Below are positions 62,856 through 64,000 of a stretch of DNA of 64,000 bases, piece by piece (the stretch's first letter is position 1; the number at the start of each line of letters is the position of its first letter). The position numbers and the translations under genes are program-made. The notes beneath the pieces are model-generated. The model had not been told where the DNA came from, searched no databases, and saw only the letters and a program-made list of their open reading frames with translations. Origin of the DNA: Lama guanicoe (lineage: Eukaryota); contig MU053216.1 of the NCBI GenBank assembly GCA_013239625.1, positions 2,446,943 through 2,510,942 of the forward strand, written 5' to 3'.

Positions 62856-64000
62856 AATAAGGAGGTCTATACCACCAGTTTATCATAAATTTGTGTAATT
62901 TAGTAAACCAGAGGTGATTTATTCTTTTAGAAGTAGAATTCTCCAAATAAACTAATAATGTATAATTTAAAATTAGTTTGAAAATAATCTCAACTTAACA
63001 ACTTGAAGAGTGTACTTATGATACACATGGGTACTTAGACTTATGTTGGTACTTACGTTGATTTGGGGAACTTAAAATTTTTTCTAGAAAAGTTAAGCAC
63101 TGGTGTAATGTACATTGTGTGGTACGTGCCTGTAGACATCACGTTGGTCACTGGCCTGAACATCACGTGTAAACATGTCATAACTGTATCATATGCAGTA
63201 AATGTAACTGCTGTAAGGGTGAGATATTGGGACCAAGAGGGGTACTTCTCTCTGGTATTGGTCACAAACATTGTTTTCTGACAAGTGAAAGTAGATGAAA
63301 CATTTCTAAAGCCATCAAGGGCTCGTTAGGAATCATTCACCTATAATGTGTGAAAAAATAGCCCGTTCTGGTTTGAAATTTTGTTTTAACTTTAAAGATA
63401 GGAAATGTCTGATACATTCGCAAAGAACTACACATAGATTAGAAAAGAGAAATACTTGGAAGATACTCTAAAATCAACAAGTGTTAGTTTAAAGGTAAGA
63501 TAAGTATACGGAGGCAATACCTCCCTTTTCTTCAACAATTTTTTAAGTTATGGCAGTACATGATTTGTGAATTTCCTCTTTTCACACTCTGGTTCATCTT
63601 TTCATGCCGTTGACTTCTGCTCACCCTTAGCACTTGTTTTATATATCCTTGCTATATTTAAACATCACCAGAAATTACACAGGGTTTAACATTTTGAATA
63701 GAAGAAAATTGAGTTCAAATTTTACTTTTATTGGACAGCACTTCCAGAAATTATTTTATTAAGTATTTAATAATTATTGGTTGTAAATAAATGACCTTTT
63801 CACAAGATAAAATCATTCTGCCAGAAAAAATGATTTGTTTGAAACAGTGCACTTTTATTTTAGGTAATAATGTCTCTAATACTCTCGAGTAAATTGTCAA
63901 TGAAAGTAATTCCCAGTCGCTGCAGCGATGGTTGCAGAACGGCTTACCACCACGCGCACTTCATAACAGCACATGTGACATGGTTTATAATAGATCTGCA

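Noticed and set aside
62596..62946. Reverse transcriptase motif (FADD) as a novel RT system
   Set aside because: Ordinary 5'-truncated, frameshifted L1 ORF2 remnant.

Overview
Mammalian genomic DNA, most likely camelid: it carries four tRNA-Ala-derived SINEs of the Vic-1 type, plus artiodactyl-type L1 3' ends. The window looks intronic or intergenic and is repeat-rich, with L1 fossils of several ages (some nested), L2, MIR, MaLR/ERV LTRs, MER20, a Tigger5/MER47 element and microsatellites. I recognise no known protein-coding gene, and the only ORF-track peptides I can identify are broken L1 ORF2 pieces. Repeat names come from recalled consensus sequences, not a database run, and their boundaries are approximate. 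The best leads are: (1) local patches where old repeats appear shifted AT->GC, including a CpG island at ~53.2-53.75 kb that seems to be built on an L2 fossil (possible GC-biased gene conversion); (2) a hand-assembled, phase-consistent six-exon minus-strand 90-aa ORF at 47.5-51.0 kb downstream of a small E2F/ETS CpG patch (unverified, could be chance); (3) a ~90-nt nested hairpin at 32.25 kb; (4) perfect nested duplications inside a solo ERV LTR. I found no convincing novel multi-gene system.
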